Positions 26,678 to 39,664 of a stretch of 64,000 nt of DNA are shown one piece after another. The translations under genes and the position numbers were made by a program. The notes below the pieces were generated by a model. That model searched no databases, was not told where the DNA came from, and saw only the letters and a list, made by a program, of their open reading frames with translations. How positions within the stretch are numbered: the stretch's first letter is position 1; each line of letters opens with the position of its first letter. Source of the DNA: Octopus vulgaris (taxonomy: Eukaryota); NCBI GenBank assembly GCA_951406725.2, contig OX597820.1, forward strand, positions 113,212,001 through 113,276,000, written 5' to 3'.

Positions 26678-27589
26678 ATATAGGATAAAATTCTTTCAGA
26701 AAAATTTCATCAAAAGTGGCAGCATATTAAAATACCTTTAAAGGTGAAAATTGTAAACAATTTATAAACAAGGGCAAAAGAAAAAAAATATTTCTATGCC
26801 AATATGCTGAGAATAGACTTTAAATCGTTAATCACCGCTTTTCAATATACATTCACTATAAATACACGTCCTGCTGAAATCAAGGAAAGCAAGCTAACAG
26901 AATTTTTGTTTTTACTTCGTTATTTCTGTATTGAATCAATTTCGGGAAAAATCCTATGGATTTTGATAAGAAATAAATGAAATACTTACAAGCACCCATG
27001 GAAAAAAGCAGAAGTAAGAGTCATGTGTACACATAAGTATCCCAGTTATATCTAAATGTAAAATTTAGATATAACAGCGAGAAACATGACTGACAGAGTC
27101 AACGGTCATGCGAAAATTAGAAACGAATGAGAGATATGTGAATGATCACGGGTCACGTAGTTGTGGGAGGGGAGAGAAACAGTGGTGGAGAGCAGGACAG
27201 AAGCAACAGGGGGAAGTGTTAAAGAGGGAAAGAGTGAGAAAGAGAGAGAGAGGAAGGAAGGTAAAAGAAAGACAAAGAAAGAGAAAGGGGCAGAAATATA
27301 TGTCGCACAAAAAATATTCAACTGAATATTCTATAGACTGAATAAAAAATAGGAAATACGTAGCGTTACATAAATAATATTCTAAAATGTTAACAAAAAC
27401 ACAACAAACGGAAAATTTTAAGCTAATTCCTCATCAGTCAACGTCCAAAAGACCATAACAATTTCGCGTCTTTAACGATGATATTGTTCACTTTTGGTGG
27501 CGCCAGCGGTGAGAAACCACTGGGAATAGCAAACGAACGTACGGGACAATGACGAAAACAAACACGACAAAATAGTCGCACAAAATCCT

Positions 27590-27872
27590 GAAGGAGAAGC
27601 TGCAGGTCATGTGGAAGTCAAACGTTAAAGCGTGGGTCACCAGGCAATTCTTCACCGAGTGGGTCAAACTTCTGGAGAAAGCTCTCAAGACCCTCCTCAT
27701 CCTCGAAAATGTTCCTGCTCACCTTCCTAGACCTAGATGAATCTAAATTCATAAAATTTCTATACCTTTCTCGCAACACGACCCTTGTCTTGCAGCCCAT
27801 GGACCAACAGGTGATTTCTGATTTTGAGAAATTGCACACCAAACACCTGTTTCGTCAGTGCTTTGAAATCAC
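27590..27872 (+). pseudogene. Tigger (TIGD1-like) transposase fragment
   Basis: KLQVMWKSNVKAWVTRQFFTEWV...LQPMDQQVISDFEKLHTKHLFRQCFEIT. Closely similar to 32845-33115 (minus). Confidence 0.85.
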
Positions 27873-28489
27873 GCTGGGAATAGTTAACTAACGTCTAGGA
27901 CAATGATGAAAACAAACATGACAAAATAAAATAAATATACATACACAACGAAAAAATACTGTACGACCGCAAGAATGAATGAATTAATGAATGAATGAAT
28001 GAATGAATGAATGAATGAATGAATGACTGAATGAATGAATAAGAAACAGAGAATAAAGATGCAAAACACTTGTATCACTTCAGAGCATGTAATTTATAAT
28101 TTAAACACAGTGTGGCGTAGTTATAATAAATATAGGATTATAATGTAATGCGTAAAGTTTTACAGCTGTTTCTAGAATAGCTGAGCATGTGTTGGTGAAT
28201 AAAGAATTCCACGTAAGCTAACTATGCTGTCATCGGAGATTTAATTAAGGAATATCGTTAATCAAGGATATTTGTATTTAAAGTTATATATATATATATA
28301 TTATATAATTAGGGCTTAGTAAAATAAATTACTTTGCCACATACTGGACTTAGTAGAAATAGCAGCCAAAAAAAAATTTTTTAGCCATTCCTACTACTTA
28401 AAGAAAATTTCTCTCAGATAACGTTTACTCCAGACAGCTCACGAAGGTTTGGAGGTAAATACAGAAAAATATCACAAGTACATAGATCG

Positions 28490-28552
28490 TTTGAGTACGT
28501 CAACGTTTCAAGATTAGCCAAATAAAATCAGCATTTCTTTCGTCAGCTCAAA
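28490..28552 (-). ncRNA. Type I hammerhead ribozyme
   Basis: TTTGAG-CTGACGA-AAGA...TCTT-GAA-ACG(TTGA)CGT-A-CTCAAA. All three stems pair; GUA cleavage triplet. Confidence 0.85.
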
Positions 28553-29051
28553 ATGTCTTAATTTGGATTTGGAAACACTAAAAAGAAGGAACTTTACCTC
28601 TTGGCGAACTTGTCGCTTCAAATGAACCAGCTCCAACTGCTAGTGCCAACAAATTCAAAATGCGCAGGCGTAAATCTCTGCAAACCTTTTCCACCCACGT
28701 GGTCTATCTAGCAAACATTATATTTTAACCGCGAGAACCAAGGCAGTATGACAGAGAGAAATGAATTATAATATCAACAATTGAGGGTAAAATTAATTAA
28801 TCAATTTCACCAAATGTTCAGTATGTAAAAGGACCATTTAAGGCGAATTCAAAATATTACATTATATAATTAGGGCTTAGTAAAATAAATTACTTTGCCA
28901 CATACTGGACTTAGTAGAAATAGCAGCCAAAAAAAATTTTTTTTAGCCATTCCTACTACTTAAAGAAAATTTCTCTCAGATAACGTTTACTCCAGACAGC
29001 TCACGAAAGTTTGGAGGTAAATACAGAAAAATATCACAAGTACATAGATCG

Positions 29052-29114
29052 TTTGAGTACGTCAACGTTTCAAGATTAGCCAAATAAAATCAGCATTTCT
29101 TTCGTCAGCTCAAA
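29052..29114 (-). ncRNA. Type I hammerhead ribozyme (second copy)
   Basis: Same sequence as 28490-28552. Confidence 0.85.
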
Positions 29115-29385
29115 ATTTCTTAATTTGGATTTGGAAACACTAAAAAGAAGGAACTTTACCTCTTGGCGAACTTGTCGCTTCAAATGAACCAGCTCCAACT
29201 GCTAGTGCCAACAAATTCAAAATGCGCAGGCGTAAATCTCTGCAAACCTTTTCCACCCACGTGGTCTATCTAGCAAACATTATATTTTAACCGCGAGAAC
29301 CAAGGCAGTATGACTGTTGAAGTGAATCGAACGGCTTTCGTGTTTCTTAAATGGCTTATAAACACCTTCCACGCTGCAATTGTAT

Positions 29386-31624
29386 GATTGATTGATTGAT
29401 TGATTCTAGTTTCAGCTCACGAGCTGTGGCCATGCTGGGGCACCGACATTTGGTGTTGCTGCATGGTTTTACTTCACGAATGCTTTTTAGCAACTGCCAT
29501 TTGGTGCATGAGAGAGTTCGATGCAGCTGCCCTCATCTGCACCTCCTGCCGTGAAGTTGGTTCATCTGGGATACCTGACAAGAAGAGATCCAGTTTCATT
29601 TTAAAGACATCTGCATCCACCCCATGCAGGTCTCTTAGGTTCTTCGGGAGGATATTGAGGAGCTGTGGGCCTCGGAAGCCCAGGCTATCACAGTATCTTG
29701 TCCTACATCTTGATGGCAAATTTGGAGTCCTAGGCACCACGCAGTGGCCGCCCAGTTCTGGCATTTGTGTAACTCTCGATGCCAAAGTTTGGGACAAGTC
29801 CCTCCAGGATCTTCCAGATGTATATTATGGCATATCTTTCTCGCCTACGCTCCAAGGAATAGAGTTTTAATCTCTTGAGTCTTTCCCAGTAGCTTATATT
29901 CTGCACAGAGGCTATCTTCTTCGTGTAGCTACGTTGAATCGCCTCAAGTTCTGTGATCAACTTGACACTGGATGGTGACCATAGCTGAGAGCAATAGTCA
30001 AAGTGGCTTAGGACAAGTGTCCTCCAGAGGACCATCATGGTTTCTTGTTCTCTTGTTCTAAAGGTTCTGAGAATCCATCCGGCCAGTCGTCTACATTTCA
30101 TTGCCAATTTAGCAACATGTACACGAAAGGTTGCGTCATCACTCATGTAAATACCCAGGTCACGCACTGATTGTGCCTCTGGGATTGCAATTCCTCCGGG
30201 TCCAGTGTATTCATTGGGTATTGCATTTAGTTTTGCATGCTGATAGTATAAAGCTTGAAACTTTTCAGCATTGAACTGCATGCTATTCTTTTCAGCCCAC
30301 TTGTATATTTTGTCCAGCTCACATTGCAGGCGTTTAGTGTCCTCAGGGTTCTGTATTGCCTGTGAAACTTTTGTATCATCTGCATAACTTGTGATCGTGG
30401 CTCTCTGCGTGGCTGAGGGCATGTCTGAGAGGGCCATTATGAACAGTAGTGGTCCCAAAACAGTGCCCTGCGGAACACCGCTCACTAATTGCGTGTTAAT
30501 GGAAGTGGCCCCATTGGCTACTACCACCTGACTTCTATCTTTCAGAAAGTCATGAAGCCATTCTCCCAGTTTTCCAACTATGCTAAGATCACGCAGTTTG
30601 TGACATATCATTCCATGATCGACTTTATCAAAGGCCTTTGCAAAGTCGAGATATATAACTTCCACATTTGAGTGGTTGAGCAGTCGTTTCAGCACCCAGT
30701 CATAGTGTTGTAGGAGCTGAGTTAAGCAGCTTCTCCCTGGTCGGAAACCATGTTGGGTGTCAGGCAGCAAGTCATTTTCTTCAAGGAAGGTGATCAGTTT
30801 CCTTCTGACTATTCGTTCCATGACCTTGCTGATGTGTGAGGTCAGAGAGATAGGTCTGTAGTTCTTGGCCTCCGCTCTGCTACCTCCTTTATGAATAGGG
30901 CATATTTTACCTTCCTTCAGTTTCCTTGGAAGTTTGCCAGCTGCAAGGAAGCTCTGAAAGAGGAACTGCAGTGGTCTTGCTAGGACTCTCTTACATACTT
31001 TTAGGAGGATTGCCGGGAATCCATCGGGGCCAGTAGCTGAGTCTGTTTTCATTTCATCTATAGCCTTTATTACATCGTCTTCCTTTATATCGATGTAATC
31101 TATCGTCGCCGCCTCTGATTTTATATCTGCAGTGGTAAAGAAGTCAGTTGGATTGGTGATTTGGAAATGCCCAAGGGGTGGAGTGAAAACACTCTTGAAT
31201 TGCTCATTCAGTATTTCACTTACCCTCATTGGTTTTCCTGTGAGTGTGCCATCCTTTTCAAGGAGTGGCCCTATCCTACAGTGCACCGTAGCTGTTTCTT
31301 TGGCATACCTGTAGAAAGCTCTGGGGTTAGATTTTATGTTGTCTATAGCCCAGGCTTCTTTGTCTGCTCTTTCCTTTTCATTGGAGAGTTGCAGACATTT
31401 TTCAATTTCCAACAGTTTTATTTTCAGGCGGGACTTTTCAATTTGTTTGTTTAGGCGATTTGAAATTTTTGTACGCCGTCTCATTAAAATTTTCCTCTCT
31501 CTGGGGATTTTGTTCTTGTGTACAGTGGCCTTTCTCTCTGGGACACATTTGTAGCATATGGCTTGCATTACAGACATGAATTGTTGAAGTTTCACGTCGA
31601 TGTCTGGCGAGGAGAGACATTCAG

Positions 31625-31628
<4 letters not shown>
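29386..31628 (-). mobile_element. 5'-truncated CR1-group LINE with near-intact reverse transcriptase
   Basis: ORF motifs GPDGF, NYRPISLTS, QHGFRPGRSC, YLDFAKAFDKVDH, SGVPQGTVLGPLLF, YADDTK. One frameshift near 29748 joins the 29474-29797 frame. (CAAT)n 3' tail. No endonuclease domain present. Confidence 0.95.
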
Positions 31629-31669
<41 letters not shown>

Positions 31670-31799
31670 TCAACATGCTATATATAAATCGTCGTCTATA
31701 TCTATATATATCCTTATATATATAAATATTTTAATCTTCGGATTCTTTTTTAATATGCTAGACCACTGGTCTTAATTGATAAATATCAATTTCCCCTTA

Positions 31800-31853
<54 letters not shown>

Positions 31854-31854
<1 letters not shown>

Positions 31855-33972
31855 GGGACACCTCGTAGTGCGAATTTAATTCGTTCCATGCCTGAACTCG
31901 TTTTACGATTTACTCATTTTACAAATCACTTTTCCACATAGAGATTAATTAAAATATAATTAATCCGTCCCAGTCCCCAAAATCCACTCAAAAATAATTT
32001 TTTATAGGTTTTAAAACAGAAGAGGTTCAGTTACAATAAAAGAGAATACAAAAGGAATATATAAACTAGTTTTATTAATTTAATTGCCTTAAAGATAGGA
32101 CAATTCGTGCGCGAAGAAGACGATGGAGCGGGGAGGAGGGGGATTATTGTTTGGAAGGAGAATCTCTTTCTATTAAGACTTCAGGAAGAACAATTTCTGA
32201 TATTTTCTCTCTCACTTCGCTTAATTTAGGCTTTTGGGGCACACTTTCTTCACTTTTTCACACTTGCAGGTCATTTCATTAGAAACATATCAAGAGAAGT
32301 CCGCTTTTTCCTGCCTTTCAAAATGTTACGAAAATGCGCTGCCAGTGCAGTGTCATTAAATAAAGAAACTGAATGACTTGTAGATACTTACTCAGGATGA
32401 TATTTTTCTACAAATTCAGTAATATACTGCCACTTTACCAGCAATGCCATTATGTCATTCGTAGAGATAGCCTTTTCCGCTACACTGTCCTCATCAGGGG
32501 AACCAATCTCTTCCACTGCATCCGAATCCTGCTGCTGCTGAAGCTGTAGGAGTTCATCTGTCGTCAACTCCTCTGAGTGTTCCACGACGAGATCGTTAAT
32601 GTGCCCATCGTCAACGTCGAGGCTCATGGACTTGCCAAGAAACACTATCTCCTCGACTCCTGATGTCTCAGACTTAAACTCCTGGATGACTCTTTCGAAT
32701 ATGCAATCAAGCCAGAATTTCCTCCGTGCAGAATTCAACGTTCTCTTCATTACACCCTACCAGGCCATATCGATGATTTTCAGGCAGTTAGCAATGTTGT
32801 AGTGCTCCTTCCATAACTCACGAAGAGTTAGATTTGTATTTTCGGTGATTTCAAAGCACTGACGAAACAGGTGTTTGGTGTGCAATTTCTCGAAATCAGA
32901 AATCACCTGTTGGTCCATGGGCTGCAAGATAGGGGTCGTGTTGCGAGAAAGGTATAGACATTTTATGAATTTAGATTCATCTAGGTCTAGGATACCATCT
33001 TCGAAGTTAGGAAGGTGAGCAGAAACATTGTCGAGGATGAGGAGGGTCTTGAGAGGAAGACCTTTTTTCCAGAAGTGGACCATTCTTTAACGTTTGCCTT
33101 CCACATGACCTACAACTTCTTTGGGATTCTGTGCGTCTTGAACGCTCCTAGGTTTTCTGAACCGTAGGTTTTCTCCACTCGCATTGGCACGAAGAGCGAG
33201 AGTTAGCCTATCTTTCATAGGCTTGTGATCTTGCATTCTCTTCAACTTTGTAGTATATAGTGTCTGCTGGGCATTTTTTCTTTCGAAAAAAAAAGGGGGG
33301 GGCAGTTTCATCACAGTTGGATACCTGTTGTGCGATGTTCCCCTCGCCTGCGATGAGATGACGGAATTCACACGAAATATTCAGCTGCTTTCGTATCAAA
33401 ACTAGCTGCTTTTCCATACTTGACGACACTATGAACTTCTTGAAATTATCGAACCAACTGCGACTGGCTTTAAAGGGGTCTGTTGATGTATCCAGCGTCG
33501 ACGTTCCAGGGTTTTTCTTTATGAGATCTTCATACAGCACTCATACTTTCTCGTAGATGATAGTTTCCGCAATCGCCTCCCCTGCGAGTTGCTTCACGTT
33601 GATCTACAGCAGAAGCAATTTTTCCATCTCTTCATGGACAGATGTGCGTTGCTTGTAAAGCCTTGAGACACCCTTTGCTGTTGTAACGGCCTTGATCTCG
33701 TCTTTTTTTTTTCAGGATGGTGCAAATTGTCGACGTACAACTTTTTCTTCTCAGCACTGTCCTTTGCACTTCTTGGGACCTATGGTTAACAAAACCAATT
33801 ATTATAAAATAAAAAGCAAACAACGCACAAAACCAACTGACGGTCGCTTGTATGTTACTCGCTCGTACTGTAGATCTCCACTCGTAGTTCAAGACAAAAA
33901 TTCGCGCGAGGCACGGATTGTACAGCAAATTATTCATACAATGGTGCACTCGTACTGCGCGGCTGTACTCTG
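31854..33972 (-). mobile_element. Tigger/pogo DNA transposon with disrupted TIGD1-like transposase
   Basis: FKASRSWFDNFKK, QVSNCDET, KPMKDRLTLAL, LLILDNVSAH and LQPMDQQVI occur in successive broken ORFs. Degenerate TIRs; (TA)n on both sides. Confidence 0.9.
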
Positions 33973-33996
33973 TATATATATATATATATATATATG

Positions 33997-34030
<34 letters not shown>

Positions 34031-34067
34031 TATGTATGTATGTATGTATGTATGTATATGTATATAT

Positions 34068-34230
34068 AGGCGTAGGAGTGGCTGTGTGGTAAGTAGCTTG
34101 CTTACCAACCACATGGTTCTGCGTTCAGTCCCACTGCGTGGCACCTTGGGCAAGTGTCTTCTACTATAGCCTTAGACCAACAAAAGCCTTGTTAGTGGAT
34201 TTGGTAGACGGAAAATGAAAGAAGCCCGTC

Positions 34231-34296
<66 letters not shown>

Positions 34297-34490
34297 GTTT
34301 GTGCCCCCAACATCGCTTGACGACCGGTTTTGATGTGTTTACGTCCCCGTAACTTAGCGGTTCGGCAAAAGAGTATGATGGAATAAGTACTAGGCTTACA
34401 AAGAATAAGTCCAGGGGTCGATTTGCTCGACTAAAAAGGCGGTGCTCCAGCATGGCCGCAGTCAAATGACTGAAACAAGTAAAAAAGAGT
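34068..34490 (+). mobile_element. Full-length family C SINE with internal (TA)n(TG)n
   Basis: TGGCTGTGTGG A-box, GTTCAGTCC B-like box, CACCTTGGGCAAGTGTCTT core and GGTGCTCCAGCATGGCCGCAGTCAAATGACTGAAAC tail. Confidence 0.9.
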
Positions 34491-34632
34491 GTATGTATGT
34501 ATGTAGGAATGTATGTATATGTGCACATGTGCGCACGCGCGGAATCAACCAGAAACGGGAAGGCGTCCGATTTCTTTCTCTCCAAAAGGGTGAATTGATC
34601 AGTTATTGAACAGAGTAAGCCTGGTTTTTAAA

Positions 34633-34674
<42 letters not shown>

Positions 34675-34764
34675 TATATATATCTCGCAGAGTACATGCT
34701 ATTAACTTTTAGAAGGAAAAGATTATTAGTGATTTAGAAGTTTCGCCGTCTCGTCGTTATAACT

Positions 34765-34810
34765 TTGTGTGTGCGCGCGCATATGTGTATGTGTATGTGT
34801 GTGTGTGTGT

Positions 34811-34846
<36 letters not shown>

Positions 34847-34999
34847 TTGTGTGTGTGTCTGTGCGCGCGCGCATGTGCGCTCGCGTGTGTGCGTGTATGT
34901 GCCTGTGTATGTATGTGCCCGTGTGTGTATCTGTGAGAGTCAGCGTGAGTGTGTATGCTGTATGCCTGTGTGTGTGTGTCTGTATGAGACAGAGAGAGC

Positions 35000-35049
<50 letters not shown>

Positions 35050-35380
35050 TTGTGTGTGTGATTGTGTGTGTGTGTGTGTGCGCGCGCATGTGTGCTCGCG
35101 TGTGTGCGTGTATGTGCCTGTATATGTATGTGCCCGTGTGTGTATCTGTGAGAGTAAGCGTGAGTGTGTATGCCTGTGTGTGTGTGTCTGTGTTTGACAG
35201 AGAGAGCGTATGTGTGTGTGTGTGTGTGTGTATTTATGTATATACTTAAACGTGCATCCATATATATATTTATACATATTCGCACACACATACACATTTA
35301 TGTATGTATGTATGTATGTATGTATGTATGTATGTATGGATGGATGGATGGATGTATGGATGGATGGATGGATGGATGGA
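34765..35380. repeat. Cryptic (TG)-rich repeat with ~215-bp higher-order duplication, followed by (TATG)n(TGGA)n
   Basis: The block GCGCGCATGTG...GTGCCCGTGTGTGTATCTGTGAGAGT...GACAGAGAGAGCG occurs near 34865 and 35080. Confidence 0.85.
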
Positions 35381-36159
35381 TAGAGGACACACACTTGTCT
35401 CCATAAACACAAACCCATCCATAACGCATACACTTCTTCTTAACGGTAATAACAGAAACACTGTACTACTAAAATATTTTTTGATCAGAAGATGAAAGCA
35501 ATAGTCTCCCCACATCTCCCCTCCTCACCTCTCTCTTTCCCTCTTTCTCTCGTCCTCACACTCCCTCTCTCGCGCTCACACACACACTCACTCACTCTCT
35601 CTCTCCCTCTTTCTTTCTCTCTCTCTCTCTCTCTTTCTATCTCTATCATACTATCTACATTCTATTTAATCTTTTTCTTCCATTACCTCTATCACCTTTT
35701 ATCTTCTCTTCTCCTCCACCTCTCCTTATCCCTGCCATCAATCGATCTCCTCCTATATCGATCTGCCACTGTTTCCTATGAGATGTGTGTGAACGCTGAA
35801 GAGACAAGAGATTGGCAATCCAGCGACTATTAACGCCAATTTCAAGAGCAATATCGCATAATCTAGGCCAATCTTTACCACTGATTGGAGCTACACCATC
35901 AATACTTGTATAAATAAACACATTCATACGCGTGCGCACGCACACACACACACACACACACGTATATACAGGCACAAACACATATAGATGATATATTGAA
36001 AAGTAAATAAATAGAATGCAACCACAACAATGAGTACATGAAAATATAGGCGCATACTCATGACTTCAATGTTGAAATAGTGTGGTCCCACGTATTTCCA
36101 TAATACACATACACACACACACACATACATACGTACCGTACATATATTCATACACATGC

Positions 36160-36234
<75 letters not shown>

Positions 36235-36400
36235 AGATGTACTTGCATAGCGAGTGACCTGATCTGAGATCGTGTGCTGGAACGAAAACAATTGCAGCGT
36301 GGAAGCCATTTAAGAAACACACAGGAACCGTTAGATTCACTTCAACATGTAAATTTAATTTGTCAAAATATCTTCGTCGCTTTGAGACCGCAACCTGTTC
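36235..36400 (+). repeat. Dispersed repeat fragment in (TA)n; inverted partial copy at 29314-29383
   Basis: CAATTGCAGCGTGGAAG...CCATTTAAGAAACAC...GATTCACTTCAACA is shared between the two sites. Confidence 0.7.
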
Positions 36401-36485
<85 letters not shown>

Positions 36486-36944
36486 CACACACACACACAA
36501 ATTACCATATATAGAATCGCATGGAGCAACATTGAATAAAATCTATTTGTGTGAAGTCATATGTAACACGCTTGTGTATGTTGGAACGTGGGAAGAACTT
36601 CCGCTGCGAAAATAGTCCCTGGAGAAATTCCAGTTACTAGACGGCATGTGTAAACACAAATACATTGGGCTGTGAATGACGTCACTGGAGCGTAGGACGC
36701 ATGCGTTAATGCGGCTTTGCCTCGTCACTTACCCAAAATCTAACCTTCAAAGCACGAAAAGAACAAATCCATTCTTATATTAGAACACCATACAATACGT
36801 TTCCTACTGTGTGTAAAACTAGGGTTAAATAAATATTTCTTGGGTTCGTAGTTGGTGGCACAAAGCGACATAGAGAATATTCATTGCAATATACCTTTGA
36901 AATGACCTGCTACTAGCTTTCATATATATATAAATCCTTAAAAA

Positions 36945-36986
36945 TGTTTTAGCCCGAAGGCCGCGGCCATGCTGGGGCACCACCGC
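36945..36986 (-). mobile_element. Isolated 3' tip of a CR1-group LINE or family C tail
   Basis: Minus strand GGTGCCCCAGCATGGCCGCGGCCTTCGGGCTAAAAC. Confidence 0.6.
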
Positions 36987-37032
36987 TGTATATATATGCA
37001 TATATATATTTATATTTATTTATATGTATATA

Positions 37033-37068
<36 letters not shown>

Positions 37069-37150
37069 GGTCCCGGGTTGAGTCGGGGTTAACCACAGTA
37101 AATAAGGTACTCAATACATAGCAGAGTAAATTAATTTATTTTATAGAAGG

Positions 37151-37201
37151 AGCTTCTACACGACTAGAACTGTTTCATTCAAATGAAATCATCAGGAAGC
37201 T
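37151..37201 (-). ncRNA. Type I hammerhead ribozyme
   Basis: AGCTTC-CTGATGA-TTTCATTTGAAT-GAAACA(loop)TGT-A-GAAGCT. Confidence 0.8.
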
Positions 37202-37582
37202 TGCTGTCAAAATAAGTTCTGGCATTTATACATTTAGGCAGATTTAATGGGGTGGTTGTGGGGGACATTTTTTGGGTAAGCAGGGCACAAACTGTCTTTC
37301 TTTGGGGAGTGGTCAAAAGAATCAGTGATAAAGTAAATAAATGAATAAATAGAATAATTGAATAGAATTTTAGGTAAATTAGAAGACTATCGCTTTTAGT
37401 CAGTTTGTTGTTGTTGTTATTAAGTGGAGGGAAGAAGTAGATAAGTATACATAAAAGAACATATAAAATAAATATACTTACAAACCCACATACATACACA
37501 TACGAATATCCATACACATACATATACATATGCCCATGTATATACATACAGACACACACATACATACATATAAATACACTAG

Positions 37583-37628
<46 letters not shown>

Positions 37629-37684
37629 CACATACATACATACATATACATATATATACATACATACATATATATATATATATA

Positions 37685-37915
37685 TGGCACCTTAAAAGGA
37701 ACTCCATCCCCTTCAAGATCAAGTGGAGACTACTACAGAGGGCGCGTTCTTACACAGGAGGCCATACCTGCTGTGACCTTTGCATTACTGAGAACCTGGA
37801 GATCTTGGTCGCCAAAGGTCTTCTCCTCAACAAGATCTCGGAACACTCCCCAAACTGTATGCACAAAATTTATGCAAACTACAAAAACTACAGACCCACC
37901 CGGCAACCCGATTGA
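37685..37915 (+). pseudogene. PLE endonuclease C-terminal fragment (Hydra-clade-like)
   Basis: Uninterrupted frame missing from the ORF track: WHLKRNSIPFKIKWRLLQRARSYTGGHTCCDLCITENLEILVAKGLLLNKISEHSPNCMHK...stop. Parallels 52630-52780. Confidence 0.8.
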
Positions 37916-38167
37916 CGACACCCCACCCACAAACCCCCCCACCCCCACCGTTCCTTCAGCACCCCCAATTACCTTCTCTCCTAAGACTATATACATATAT
38001 ATGGATGTGGGCATGTGTATATGTGCACATGTATGTATAGGAGTGTATATGTGTATTTGTATGTGAGTGTGTGTGCAATTGTGTATGTGAAGGCGTGTAT
38101 ACGTGTGTATGAGTATATGTGTACATGTTTTTGTATGTGTATATATATGTGTGTGTATATGTATGTG

Positions 38168-38207
<40 letters not shown>

Positions 38208-38616
38208 GATATATATGTATGTATGTATGTATATATATATATGTGTGTATATGTATATGTGTATATGTGCATATGTGTGTATATATGTGTGTGTATGTAT
38301 TAATGTATGTGTGTGTGTACACGAATGTATATTTATGTGTAGGTATATGCATGTGTATATGTTTATGTATGTGTATATATGTATGTATGTATGTATGTAT
38401 GTGTATAAATGTAAATATGAATATATGTATGTATATATGTATGTGTATTTATATATGTATATATTTTTATATATATATAGATATAAATATCGGTATGGAT
38501 ATGAATATGAATATGAATATATATATGTATGTGCTTATGTGCGTGTATGTGTGTGTGTATGTATGTATGTATAGGTGTATATGTATATATATGTACGCAT
38601 GTGTGTTTTTATGTAT

Positions 38617-38648
<32 letters not shown>

Positions 38649-38872
38649 GTATATGTACGCGTATGTGTATGTGTAAGTATGGGTATTTGCATGTATATAT
38701 ATTTATTAATTGTGTATGCATGTATGTATATGTGTATATGTATGTATGCTTTTATGTATTTATGTATATATAGATGCGCGTGTGTGTGTATGTGTATGCA
38801 TGTGTATATACATATGTATATATTTATGTATGCGTAAGTGTATTTGTGTACATATATGTATATATGTGTATT

Positions 38873-38911
<39 letters not shown>

Positions 38912-38980
38912 TTGTATACTTGTGTGTGGGTGTATGTATGTATATATATGTATGTATATATGTATGTATATGTATATGGG

Positions 38981-39013
<33 letters not shown>

Positions 39014-39633
39014 GTATATGTATGTGTGTATATGTATGGACTTGTAGACTTTTTTATATATGTATATATATATTGGTGTATGGGTGTAAGTATATATATG
39101 TATGTATAGGTAGGTATATACGTATATGTATGTGTGTATATATACATATATATATATGGACTTGTAGATTTTTGTATGTGTATATATGTATGTGTATATG
39201 TGTATGTATGTATATGTATGTACGTGTACGTATGTGTATGTATGTGCATGTATGTATATATGTGTGTAGGTATGTATATGCAGGTATGCATTTATGTACA
39301 CATGTATGCATGCATGTGTGCATAAATGTATTTATAAGCGTATGGATGCGTATATATGCGTATGTATGTTTACATGCACATATGTTTTTATATGAGCATA
39401 TGCGTTTATATATGCGGGCAGATATTCATGTGTGTTTATGTGTACTGAAGTACGTTTATATATGTGTGTTTGTGTGTACATAGTTATGTATACGTTTATG
39501 TGAAAGTGGGTACATTTATGTATGTATGAATATGTGTACCTGCGTGTGTATATGTATGTGTATATATATATATATATATATATAAATTGAGGGGGATAAA
39601 TTAATATTAATTTTAATATCAATTTTAATATCA

Positions 39634-39664
<31 letters not shown>

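Larger units (their letters stand above)
28300..29313 (-). mobile_element. About 1.8 copies of a 561-562-bp non-coding unit, each with a hammerhead ribozyme (retrozyme/pLTR-like)
   Basis: 28300-28752 and 28861-29313 are near-identical. No ORF. Abuts (TA)n. Confidence 0.85.

Noticed and set aside
28300-31628. RT next to near-identical repeats, suggesting a DGR or retron
   Set aside because: The RT is a non-LTR CR1 type with its own tail. The repeats show no adenine-focused variation and lie in no target ORF.
31629-31676. Apparent start of the 648-aa RT ORF (MLTVYIYIYI...)
   Set aside because: Derived from flanking (TA)n. The LINE is 5'-truncated, so this is not a real N-terminus.
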